Shown: one piece after another, positions 48,144 to 56,071 of the stretch
Layout: every line of letters starts with the position of its first letter
Numbering within the stretch: position 1 is the first letter of the stretch
DNA from: an uncultured Bacillales bacterium
GTDB taxonomy: Bacteria; Bacillota_I; Bacilli_A; RF39; UBA660
NCBI GenBank assembly: GCA_948442255.1
Contig: CAOJRT010000004.1
Location: 4,614 to 68,613 of the forward strand
DNA: 64,000 bases
Direction of reading: 5' to 3'
Made by a program: the position numbers and the translations under genes
Notes under the pieces: generated by a model
What the model saw: the letters and a program-made list of their open reading frames with translations, nothing else
What the model was told of the DNA's origin: nothing
Database searches by the model: none

Positions 48144-50189
48144 ATGAATGAGACATTGTCATTATTTGGAAAAATAAAATTTATTGCTGAAAATACAGCT
48201 CATGTGGAAACAGTTGCTAAAGCAGAAGAAATGGGTGACTTAATGAATACTCATGTTGTATTTGAGGCACCTAATCAAGCCATATTAGGAGAAGTAGAAG
48301 AAGTAAATGATGGCATCGTAAAAATTCGATTTTTAGGAGAATTTACAAATGGACGTTATGTAAGTGGTGTAATCCGTAAACCAGTCATGAATAGTATAAT
48401 TCGAATGATAAAAGACGAGGAATTAAAAATGATTGTTGGTGTTTATGATGAAACTACATTTAAAGTAGGAAGAAGTTCTATCTATACAAATTATGATGTT
48501 TGCGCTGATATAAACAATCTATTTGCCAATCACATGGCCGTATTTGGAAATACAGGTTCTGGGAAATCCTGTGGAGTTGCAAGAGTAGTACAGAACATTT
48601 TTAGCAATCCTAAACTTGTTTCTTATAATGCTAATATATTTATCTTTGATGCATATGGAGAATATAAAACAGCGTTTGGTGATTTAGCCAAATTAAATCC
48701 AAATTATAGTTATAAATTTATTACAACGAATCGGCATGAAGAAACGGATTATCCTTTAGTTATACCTTTTCATTTATTAAATTTAGATGACTTAACAATT
48801 ATGTTACAGGCAGACAAACATAGTCAAATACCAATTCTTGAAAGGGCTCTTAAACTAACAAAAATATTTAGTAAAAACGATGAAGAAGCGGAAAAATATA
48901 AGAATCATCTGATTGCAAAAGCGTTAGTAGCCATTCTTTATAGTAATCAAATTACGGCCAATAAAAAGAATGAAATATTCAAAGTATTAGAAGTATGTCA
49001 TACTAATGATTTTAATTTCAATAGTACTATCCAAGGGTTAGGCTATACAAGAACACTCTCTGAATGCTTTGAAATTGATAGTAATGGTAATTTTGGTGAA
49101 TCTGTTTTAATTACAAATTATATTTTGGAGCATATAGACGAAGAATTAGAAATAACAAGCGAACCAGAAAATGCATTCTATCATATTAAAGATTTTGCCT
49201 CTGCCTTAGAATTTACTTTAATTTCAGAAGGTTTCCAAAATAACGACCAATTATATGATGATTCTATGCTATTAAAAGTTCGTCTTAATGCCATTATTAA
49301 TAGTAAAATTGCCAATATTTATAAATGTGATAATTATATTAATACAGAAGATTATATTACAAATTTAGTAGCAAATGGAGAGAAAAAAGCTCAGGTTATC
49401 AATATTAATTTAGAAGATATTGATGATACACAGGCTAAAATTATTGTAAAGGTAATGGCAAGAATTTTCTTTGATTTTGCCAAAATGAATAGAGTAAGAG
49501 CTTCCATCCCATTTCATTTGTTTTTGGAAGAAGCTCATAGATACGTTCAAAAGGATGCTGATGTTTTCTTAATTGGATATAATATATTTGATCGTATTGC
49601 AAAAGAAGGGCGTAAATATGGAGTTTTATTAAATATTATTTCTCAAAGACCTGTAGAAATATCAGAAACGGTTATTGCCCAATGTAGCAATTTCTTAATT
49701 TTTAAAATGACACATCCTCGTGATATAGAATACATTCGTACTATGTTACCGAATATTTCAGCTGATGTTATTGAAAAACAAAAAATCTTACAACCTGGAA
49801 ATTGTGTTGGTTTTGGTGGTGCCTTCAAACTTCCTATGGTTATAAAAATGGAAATGCCTTCTCCCGCACCAAATTCCAATTCCTGTGATGTAAATAATTG
49901 TTGGAAAATAGCTAGTAATTCCCCATTGAATGTACCAAGGAGCTCAAACGGAGAAGTATTAGATTCTTTTACTCAAACAGCAATAAATGTGCCAGAGAAT
50001 AATGTTGAAACAGCCCAAATAAACGTAACACCTAATATTACATTTGATACGCCAAACAACGAAAATATTGAGAACCCAATGGCCGATGTTATTTATACTC
50101 CTCAAGATCAGCCTCTAGAGGGAGAAAATAGTACGTCTAGTACAGACCCTGTAAAACCTAGATTCATTCCTCCTATAAACTATAATTAG
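48144..50189 (+). CDS. HerA/DUF87-family P-loop ATPase with a low-complexity C-terminal tail
   Basis: N-terminal HAS-barrel-like segment (GKIKFIAENTAHVE...ILGEVEEVNDGIVKIRFLGEF), Walker A 'VFGNTGSGKSCGV', Walker B 'FHLFLEEAHRYV', and the family block 'GRKYGVLLNIISQRPVEISETVIAQCSNFLIFKMTHPRDIEYI'. The last approximately 110 aa are Asn/Pro/Ser-rich. Confidence 0.8.
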   Translation: MNETLSLFGKIKFIAENTAHVETVAKAEEMGDLMNTHVVFEAPNQAILGEVEEVNDGIVKIRFLGEFTNGRYVSGVIRKPVMNSIIRMIKDEELKMIVGVYDETTFKVGRSSIYTNYDVCADINNLFANHMAVFGNTGSGKSCGVARVVQNIFSNPKLVSYNANIFIFDAYGEYKTAFGDLAKLNPNYSYKFITTNRHEETDYPLVIPFHLLNLDDLTIMLQADKHSQIPILERALKLTKIFSKNDEEAEKYKNHLIAKALVAILYSNQITANKKNEIFKVLEVCHTNDFNFNSTIQGLGYTRTLSECFEIDSNGNFGESVLITNYILEHIDEELEITSEPENAFYHIKDFASALEFTLISEGFQNNDQLYDDSMLLKVRLNAIINSKIANIYKCDNYINTEDYITNLVANGEKKAQVININLEDIDDTQAKIIVKVMARIFFDFAKMNRVRASIPFHLFLEEAHRYVQKDADVFLIGYNIFDRIAKEGRKYGVLLNIISQRPVEISETVIAQCSNFLIFKMTHPRDIEYIRTMLPNISADVIEKQKILQPGNCVGFGGAFKLPMVIKMEMPSPAPNSNSCDVNNCWKIASNSPLNVPRSSNGEVLDSFTQTAINVPENNVETAQINVTPNITFDTPNNENIENPMADVIYTPQDQPLEGENSTSSTDPVKPRFIPPINYN

Positions 50190-50217
50190 AGGGAATGAAA
50201 AAAAATATATAATTAGA

Positions 50218-50247
50218 TTGTATATTTTTATGAATGTGTGGTATAAT
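50218..50247 (+). promoter_or_regulatory. Promoter of the 6S-like RNA
   Basis: ttgtat (50218-50223), 18 nt spacer, extended -10 tggtataat (50239-50247). Confidence 0.5.
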
Positions 50248-50253
50248 ATAATT

Positions 50254-50430
50254 ACTCAAGTAAATACTTACGATTTATAAAAACCGAGTAAGTGATTATA
50301 AGGGAATCTAATTGAAATGTTGTGTTGAAGACCTTGCCTTTATGGATGTAGGGATCCTAATACATTTCATGTGATGCCCACCTGTTTAGTGCAGGTTTTT
50401 ATCACAACGTAAGTTATACTTGAGTTTTTG
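50254..50430 (+). ncRNA. ssrS: Candidate 6S RNA (SsrS/BsrA-like)
   Basis: The ends pair over 25 bp: 50254-62/50417-25, 50266-72/50408-14 and 50277-85/50394-402. These enclose a large asymmetric central loop (about 50286-50312 and 50370-50393). An apical helix starts gaaatgt/acatttc (50314-20/50362-68). A T5 run lies at 50425-29. There is no ORF or RBS. It lies directly upstream of tcdA/yrvM, the position of B. subtilis 6S-1. Confidence 0.55.
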
Positions 50431-50456
50431 TATGTTATAATATGTTAGGTGGTATT

Positions 50457-51140
50457 ATGTTTGAAAGATTAAATTTACTAATAAAAGAGGAACAAATAAT
50501 AGAAATAGAAAAGAAAAGAATTCTACTTGTAGGAATTGGTGGAGTAGGAGGGGCTTGTTTAGAAGCTTTAGTTCGTCTAGGATTTCAGCATATTACTATT
50601 ATTGATAACGATTCCTTCACTTTATCTAATCTAAACCGACAAATTTTATCAACTATAAATAATATAGGGCATTTAAAGGTAAAAGAAGCCGAAATAAGAG
50701 CCAAAAGCATTAATCCTAATATTTATATCCATAAAAAAGAAATATTTGTTAGCGAAGAAAATATAGAGGAATTAGAAATAGCGACTTATGATTATATTAT
50801 TGATTGTTGTGATACTTTAACTACAAAAGTTCTATTAGTAGAAAAAGCATTAGAATATCAAATAAAAATTATTTCTTCTATGGGAACAGGAAATCGTTTG
50901 GATCCAACCAAATTAGAAACAACAGATATATGGAAGACAAAAGGTGACCCTTTAGCCAAAAGGATGCGCTCTCTTTTAAGAAAGAAAAATATCGCAAACA
51001 AAATCCCTGTAGTAACATCCAAAGAAATTCCAATAAAACAAGAGGGCAGAGTAGTTGGATCTTGTGCGCTTGTTCCCAATACCGCTGGATTTTTTCTTGC
51101 AAGCTACGTATTTAATGATATAATATTTCCTAGGAAGTGA
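50457..51140 (+). CDS. tcdA: tRNA threonylcarbamoyladenosine dehydratase (ThiF-family, YrvM/TcdA)
   Basis: 'ILLVGIGGVGGACLEALVRLGFQHITIIDNDSFTLSNLNRQ' is a Rossmann/E1-like motif. About 227 aa. AGGTGG RBS lies before the ATG at 50457. Confidence 0.85.
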   Translation: MFERLNLLIKEEQIIEIEKKRILLVGIGGVGGACLEALVRLGFQHITIIDNDSFTLSNLNRQILSTINNIGHLKVKEAEIRAKSINPNIYIHKKEIFVSEENIEELEIATYDYIIDCCDTLTTKVLLVEKALEYQIKIISSMGTGNRLDPTKLETTDIWKTKGDPLAKRMRSLLRKKNIANKIPVVTSKEIPIKQEGRVVGSCALVPNTAGFFLASYVFNDIIFPRK

Positions 51141-51145
51141 AACAC

Positions 51146-51337
51146 ATGAATGAAGAAACACAAAATCAACTAGATGAAATAATAAGAAACATAGAAAATC
51201 CAGAAATAACTTTTTGTGAAAATACAACCTATTTAGAATTTTTACTTTCTAATGCTAAAACAGAGGAAGAAAAGGAACAAATAAAAAAAACAATTAATCA
51301 ATATTTAAATATATACAATGAAGAAAATGAAAAATAG
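51146..51337 (+). CDS. Small acidic hypothetical protein
   Basis: A 63-aa ORF overlapping or abutting the tcdA stop. Hydrophilic, with no motif. Called mainly on position and coding-like composition. Confidence 0.35.
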   Translation: MNEETQNQLDEIIRNIENPEITFCENTTYLEFLLSNAKTEEEKEQIKKTINQYLNIYNEENEK

Positions 51338-51351
51338 AACATTTTGAAGTT

Positions 51352-52329
51352 CTATTTTTTATTTAATAAGAAATCTGTTAATAATTGTGGGCATTCGCCA
51401 TCCATAACAATTTTATAAACAAGATCTATCACTGGCATTTTTATCCTTTTACTTTTTAATAACTGATAAATACTTTTTAATGTATAATAACCTTCTACAG
51501 TAGTAGTTTCTAAATAATGGTTTGCTTTTTTAAATCCATCTTTTCCTAAAATAGTACCAAAGGTATAATTACGAGATTTTTCACTAGTAGCGGTTAAAAG
51601 TAAATCTCCTAAACCTGCAAAAGAAAGAATTGTCATTTTATTTCCTTTTAAAGCGAAAATAAGCTCCTTAATATCATGTAAAGATTCTGTGATTAAAAAA
51701 CTTCGTGTAGACTCAGTATACCCAAGACCATTTAAGATACCAGCAGCAACAGCTATTACATTTTTTATAGAACCACAAATTGCAACACCTACTAAATCGG
51801 ATGTTTCTCTTAATTTAATATTCGTATCTTTATATACATTTTTTACTACTGCAAGCGTCTTTTTACTTTCAGAAGCAATAGATAAACCAATTGGTTCTAA
51901 ACGAGCAATATCTATTGCAAAAGAAGGCCCAGAAATAAGAGCAATATTCTTCGTATTTATTGTATGGAGAAATACTTCGTGCGCAAAAAGGCAACTTGTC
52001 TGTTCTATTCCTTTGGAACCAATCACAAAATGCATGGTATCTTTAATGTAGGGTTTCATCTCCTTAGCAACAGAACTGACATATTTAGCAGCACACATAA
52101 TAAAAACAATCTGTGCTCCTTCTAATACTTCTTGATAGCTATTAGAAAAAGAAATATTTTGGGGTATACATAATCCCTCTAATTCTGCATACGAAGAGCG
52201 AGTACCCTCTATATGTTGCAAAGAAGCAGAGGATTCTGACCACATCATAATCTGATTTTTATTATTTTTTTGTAAGTGAATCGCCATAGCGATTCCGTAA
52301 ACTCCTGTTCCTATAATAGCAATTTTCAT
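51352..52329 (-). CDS. gpsA: NAD(P)H-dependent glycerol-3-phosphate dehydrogenase
   Basis: 'MKIAIIGTGVYGIAMAIHL' Rossmann start and 'GSIKNVIAVAAGILNGLGYTESTRSFLITESLHDI'. Confidence 0.9.
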   Translation of the reverse strand: MKIAIIGTGVYGIAMAIHLQKNNKNQIMMWSESSASLQHIEGTRSSYAELEGLCIPQNISFSNSYQEVLEGAQIVFIMCAAKYVSSVAKEMKPYIKDTMHFVIGSKGIEQTSCLFAHEVFLHTINTKNIALISGPSFAIDIARLEPIGLSIASESKKTLAVVKNVYKDTNIKLRETSDLVGVAICGSIKNVIAVAAGILNGLGYTESTRSFLITESLHDIKELIFALKGNKMTILSFAGLGDLLLTATSEKSRNYTFGTILGKDGFKKANHYLETTTVEGYYTLKSIYQLLKSKRIKMPVIDLVYKIVMDGECPQLLTDFLLNKK

Positions 52330-53528
52330 TTGTTTTCTCCTTTCATTTCATTATTTATTTTAACGATATTTGTCTCATATTTATTAGGTTTAGGCTGATA
52401 ATATTTTTTATCTTTTATCAAATCCGGTAAGTATTGCTGTTTTACCCATGAATTAGGAAAATCGTGCGGATATTTATAGAGAGGGCTATTCGTTTTTATA
52501 TGATTAGGTAAGTTTCCTGTCATTCCGTTTTCTATATCAGCTATTGCTGCATCTAATGCAAGATGTGCACTGTTGCTTTTTGGACTCAAAGCCATTTCTG
52601 TCACCAAAGTCCCTAAAGGAATTCTAGCTTCTGGCAATCCAACTAATTCGGCTGCATGAATCGCAGCCATAACTTTGGGGCCTATTCCTGGATTTGCAAG
52701 TCCGATATCTTCATAAGCGATTACACTTAATCTTCGGTAAATACTTTCTAAGTCACCTTCCACAAGTAAACGAGCTAAATAGTGAAGAGAAGCATCCACA
52801 TCTGAACCTCTTATGGATTTTTGTAGACCTGATAAAACATCATAATGGCCTGTTTCGTTTGCATCGCTAAAAAATACAGCTTTAGTATTTATTTTTTCAA
52901 TTAAACCTTGCGTAATGTGTTTGTCTTTAGAACCATAATAAGCAACTTCTAATAAGTTGATGGCACTTCTAAGATCTCCACTCGATAAATTAGCAATAGT
53001 GCCTCCTGCATCCTCGTCAACTACAATATCTTTTAAGTACTGAGACGCTTTTTTTATTCCCATAAGGATATCTTCGCGGGATAGTTCTTTTAATTCAAAA
53101 ATTTGACAACGACTACGGATGGCAGGATTAATCTTATGATAAGGATTTGAGGTAGTTAGTCCAATCAAAGTAATAAGCCCATTTTCAATATAAGGAAGCA
53201 ACAAGTCCTGTTTGTCCTTATTCAAACGGTGAATTTCATCCATGATAATAATCATGTCACCTTCCATTTTAGCTTCTTCAATAACAATATCAAAATCTTG
53301 CTTATTGTTAATCGTAGCATTGAGCAAACGATAAGGTTTCAACATTTCATTACATATAGCACAAGCGATAGAGGTTTTTCCAATTCCAGGTTTTCCATAC
53401 AAAATCATGCTAACTAAATGCTTATTATGTACGAGATTTCTTATAATTTTATCTTCTCCTACTAAATGTTGTTGTCCAATGACATCTTCTAATCTCTTTG
53501 GTCTTAATTTATCAGCAAGAATCTCCAT
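52326..53528 (-). CDS. rarA: Replication-associated recombination protein A (RarA/MgsA/YrvN)
   Basis: 'LRPKRLEDVIGQQHLVG', Walker A 'GKPGIGKTS', Walker B 'IIIMDEIHRLNK', and the C-terminal MgsA domain 'HYDVLSGLQKSIRGSDVDASLHYLARLL'. Confidence 0.9.
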   Translation of the reverse strand: MEILADKLRPKRLEDVIGQQHLVGEDKIIRNLVHNKHLVSMILYGKPGIGKTSIACAICNEMLKPYRLLNATINNKQDFDIVIEEAKMEGDMIIIMDEIHRLNKDKQDLLLPYIENGLITLIGLTTSNPYHKINPAIRSRCQIFELKELSREDILMGIKKASQYLKDIVVDEDAGGTIANLSSGDLRSAINLLEVAYYGSKDKHITQGLIEKINTKAVFFSDANETGHYDVLSGLQKSIRGSDVDASLHYLARLLVEGDLESIYRRLSVIAYEDIGLANPGIGPKVMAAIHAAELVGLPEARIPLGTLVTEMALSPKSNSAHLALDAAIADIENGMTGNLPNHIKTNSPLYKYPHDFPNSWVKQQYLPDLIKDKKYYQPKPNKYETNIVKINNEMKGENK

Positions 53529-53630
53529 AACATCACCTTTTCTATTATAACAGATAACACTTTGTTTGTCTCATTGTCTTTTCTATTTCATTTACAAGTT
53601 TCTATTTTTTTTATATAATTTATATAGTAG

Positions 53631-54539
53631 GTGAGAGAAGTGGCAGAATACACCCCTAATAAATGGATAACAAAATACTTTGATTATTTAATATATGAAA
53701 GGCAATTAAGTCCAAATACCATCGCTAGTTACCAAAATGATTTAAAAAGCTTAGATATTTATTTTAAGGGTGATTTAAATCAATCTTGTCAAAACATATT
53801 AAACTATTTTAAAACCTTACAATCTTTAAGTACAAGAAGTTTAGCGCATCATATAACAGTTATCCATTCTTTTTATAATTTTTTATATAATGAAGAAATA
53901 ATTCCTTCTAATCCTTGTGAAGATATCGTCTCTCCTAAACTACCAAAAAATCTTCCTAATTATTTAACAGAAGAAGAAGTAAATAAACTGCTTGATATTC
54001 GCTTAGAAACTCCTTATGATTATCGAAATAAAGCAATGCTAGAATTGTTGTATGCAACTGGATTACGTATTAGTGAACTTTGTAATTTGAAAATAACGGA
54101 TATAGATTTAACAAATGCATTTGTGCGTGTGTTTGGAAAGGGGAAGAAAGAAAGAATAGTACCCATATCAAATATTGCAAGTAAGTATGTAGCTATTTAT
54201 CTTAATAGCTATCGCAATACAATTCTTCAGGCTACTATTTCCGACTATTTATTTATATCAAATAGTAAAAAGAATATTAGTAGACAAGCCTTCTTTAAAT
54301 TTATAAAAGCGGAGTGTAAAAGAACAGGTATAGAAAAAAATGTATCCCCTCATATTCTTAGACACTCTTTTGCTACCCATTTATTAAAACATGGTGCAGA
54401 TTTACGTATAATTCAAGAATTATTAGGTCATGAAGACATCACAACTACGCAAATCTATGCACACTTAGTAAATGAAAAATTAAAAGAAGATTACCAAAAT
54501 CATCCCAGAGCAACATTTTTAGGAGATGAGGAACAATAA
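53631..54539 (+). CDS. xerD: Tyrosine recombinase XerD (RipX-like)
   Basis: N-terminal SAM-like domain 'FDYLIYERQLSPNTIASYQNDLKSL'. Catalytic 'ATGLRISEL', 'HILRHSFATHLLKHGADLRIIQELLGHEDITTTQIYAHL'. Confidence 0.85.
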   Translation: MREVAEYTPNKWITKYFDYLIYERQLSPNTIASYQNDLKSLDIYFKGDLNQSCQNILNYFKTLQSLSTRSLAHHITVIHSFYNFLYNEEIIPSNPCEDIVSPKLPKNLPNYLTEEEVNKLLDIRLETPYDYRNKAMLELLYATGLRISELCNLKITDIDLTNAFVRVFGKGKKERIVPISNIASKYVAIYLNSYRNTILQATISDYLFISNSKKNISRQAFFKFIKAECKRTGIEKNVSPHILRHSFATHLLKHGADLRIIQELLGHEDITTTQIYAHLVNEKLKEDYQNHPRATFLGDEEQ

Positions 54540-54544
54540 AAAGA

Positions 54545-54572
54545 GACTATTATCAATCAATAGTCCCTTTTT
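54545..54572. terminator. Bidirectional terminator between xerD and the small basic protein gene
   Basis: gactatt-atcaatc-aatagtc with flanking T-run (plus strand) and A-run. Confidence 0.55.
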
Positions 54573-54573
54573 A

Positions 54574-54714
54574 TTATTTACATGAATTCTTAGATTCATT
54601 TTTAGCGCCAGACATTCTGCTTGAAGCTTGTGCATTTGATCTAGCATTCGATCTAGCGTTAGATTTTGCACTTGACTTAGCATTATTTCTGCTATTTGCT
54701 TTTGCATTACTCAT
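54574..54714 (-). CDS. 46-aa basic Ser/Asn/Ala-rich repeat protein (possible minor spore protein)
   Basis: AGGAGGT RBS lies 7 nt before the ATG. Product: MSNAKANSRNNAKSSAKSNARSNARSNAQASSRMSGAKNESKNSCK. The track ORF 54519-54707 on the same strand is in a different frame and lacks an RBS. Confidence 0.5.
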   Translation of the reverse strand: MSNAKANSRNNAKSSAKSNARSNARSNAQASSRMSGAKNESKNSCK

Positions 54715-54808
54715 AATTTTACCTCCTAATAGTATTATTGTACAAAGTAATAAAATTATTTATGGAAATGAATGGTTTTTTAAAAAAAGAAAAAAGTAGG
54801 GGAGAAGT

Positions 54809-55573
54809 TTGGTATATTTGTATCTTTTGCTAATAGAATGTACTATGAATACATTTATGATATTATGTTTAACTTCTTTAGCTGGATTTTCTACTATGCT
54901 AGGCAATATACTACTTATTATTCCTCCAAAATATAAAAAAAATATTTTGTCTTTTTCATTAGGATTATCATTTTGTGTGATGTCTTTAGTATCCATATTG
55001 GAATTAATTCCTGAAGGCTTAATACTTGGAAAAGAGAAGTGGAGCAACATACCCTTATTTGGCATAAGTTTACTTCTCATGTCTTTTGGTGCAATCTTAG
55101 TGATTCTAATTAATGCCAGAATAAAAAGCGAAGATTCTTTATATAAAGTTGGATTTTTAAGTATGTTATCTTTACTTGTTCATAATATTCCTGAAGGAGT
55201 ACTTTGTGTATTGTCTTCTCTAACTAACACTCATTTCGGTTTAAAAATGATTCTATTAATTCTAATTCATAACATTCCTGAAGGTATATGTATTTCTTTG
55301 CCTATTTATTATGCGACAAAAAATAGAAAGAAAGCTATTCTTTACACTTTTATTAGTGGGTTGGGGGAGTTATCTGGTGCCCTTCTAACTATTTTTGTAT
55401 TACATCGTTTCATTAATAATATGATGTTATTTATCGTCTTTTTATTTACTGCTGGAATCATGATTTATTTAAGTACTTTCAAAATATTAAAAGAAGCATT
55501 CGTATACAAGAAATATCTTTATTTATTATTAGGAATACTACTAGGAGTAGTTATTATCATTTTAACTCTATGA
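54809..55573 (+). CDS. zupT: ZIP-family zinc transporter (ZupT-like)
   Basis: Two 'HNIPEG(V/I)' motifs ('LLVHNIPEGVLCV', 'ILIHNIPEGICIS') in a polytopic membrane protein. The likely true start is the ATG at 54845 (MNTFMILCL). Confidence 0.8.
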   Translation: MVYLYLLLIECTMNTFMILCLTSLAGFSTMLGNILLIIPPKYKKNILSFSLGLSFCVMSLVSILELIPEGLILGKEKWSNIPLFGISLLLMSFGAILVILINARIKSEDSLYKVGFLSMLSLLVHNIPEGVLCVLSSLTNTHFGLKMILLILIHNIPEGICISLPIYYATKNRKKAILYTFISGLGELSGALLTIFVLHRFINNMMLFIVFLFTAGIMIYLSTFKILKEAFVYKKYLYLLLGILLGVVIIILTL

Positions 55574-55985
55574 TTATTTCTCTTTCTGCTCGGTTAACAT
55601 AATATATATTATGCGTATATGTGAATAAAGTGTTAAAAAAATAAATAAATTTAAAACTTTATATATAACATAAGATAAATTTATTTAAAATATAGGTTCT
55701 TATAATAAAACATTGCTTATATAATCGCATAAGTGTTGTTCGTCTGTTTTGATATTATATATTATTTTATGACTTGATGGTTGTTGTTTCATCGATAATC
55801 AAGAATCGGCATCGAGAAAATAAAAAATGGTCTCTTCATCATCTCAAGGATTCTCGAAGTATTAAATAAATATTCCTTGAGATCAGAAATACTGAACATT
55901 TATCCATCTCGAATAACAAAAAGTTTAAATAGATTCGTTATTATATAATGTAAGAATATGAATATGTCAATGTATAAAGAAATAT

Positions 55986-56025
55986 GGGAAGGGAGGTTCC
56001 ATAAAGAACCCCTTCCCTCTTTTTT
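55986..56025. terminator. GC-rich hairpin terminator downstream of the HTH gene (also T-tailed on the plus strand)
   Basis: gggaagggaggttc (55986-99) pairs with gaaccccttccc (56006-17), with one bulge. tctttttt follows on the plus strand, and an AT-rich tail follows on the minus strand. Confidence 0.65.
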
Positions 56026-56071
56026 ACAGGAATAGGGGACTTTCTTATAAAAAAAGAAAAATAAGAATAAT

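Noticed and set aside
48144-50189. HerA-like ATPase as part of a conjugative/T4SS (VirB4/TraC) or FtsK/EssC system
   Set aside because: It has no TM segments, a single P-loop domain, and a HAS-barrel-like N-terminus. No relaxase, coupling protein, pilin, WXG or other secretion genes appear anywhere in the window.
50433-50441. tgttataat as a dedicated tcdA promoter
   Set aside because: A start about 7 nt downstream would cut into the AGGTGG RBS of tcdA. The element may be fortuitous, and tcdA could be read through from the 6S-like RNA. This is left unresolved rather than annotated.
53631-54539. Tyrosine recombinase as a possible integrase marking a mobile element
   Set aside because: Its N-terminal and catalytic motifs are those of the chromosome-dimer resolvase XerD. 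Its neighbours (rarA, gpsA, spoIIM-like) are core genes. I saw no att-like repeats, phage genes or conjugation genes nearby.
54519-54707. 62-aa track ORF on the minus strand downstream of xerD
   Set aside because: It has no RBS and reads through the terminator hairpin. A different frame on the same strand (54574-54714) has a consensus RBS and a clean stop before the hairpin, so that frame was called instead.
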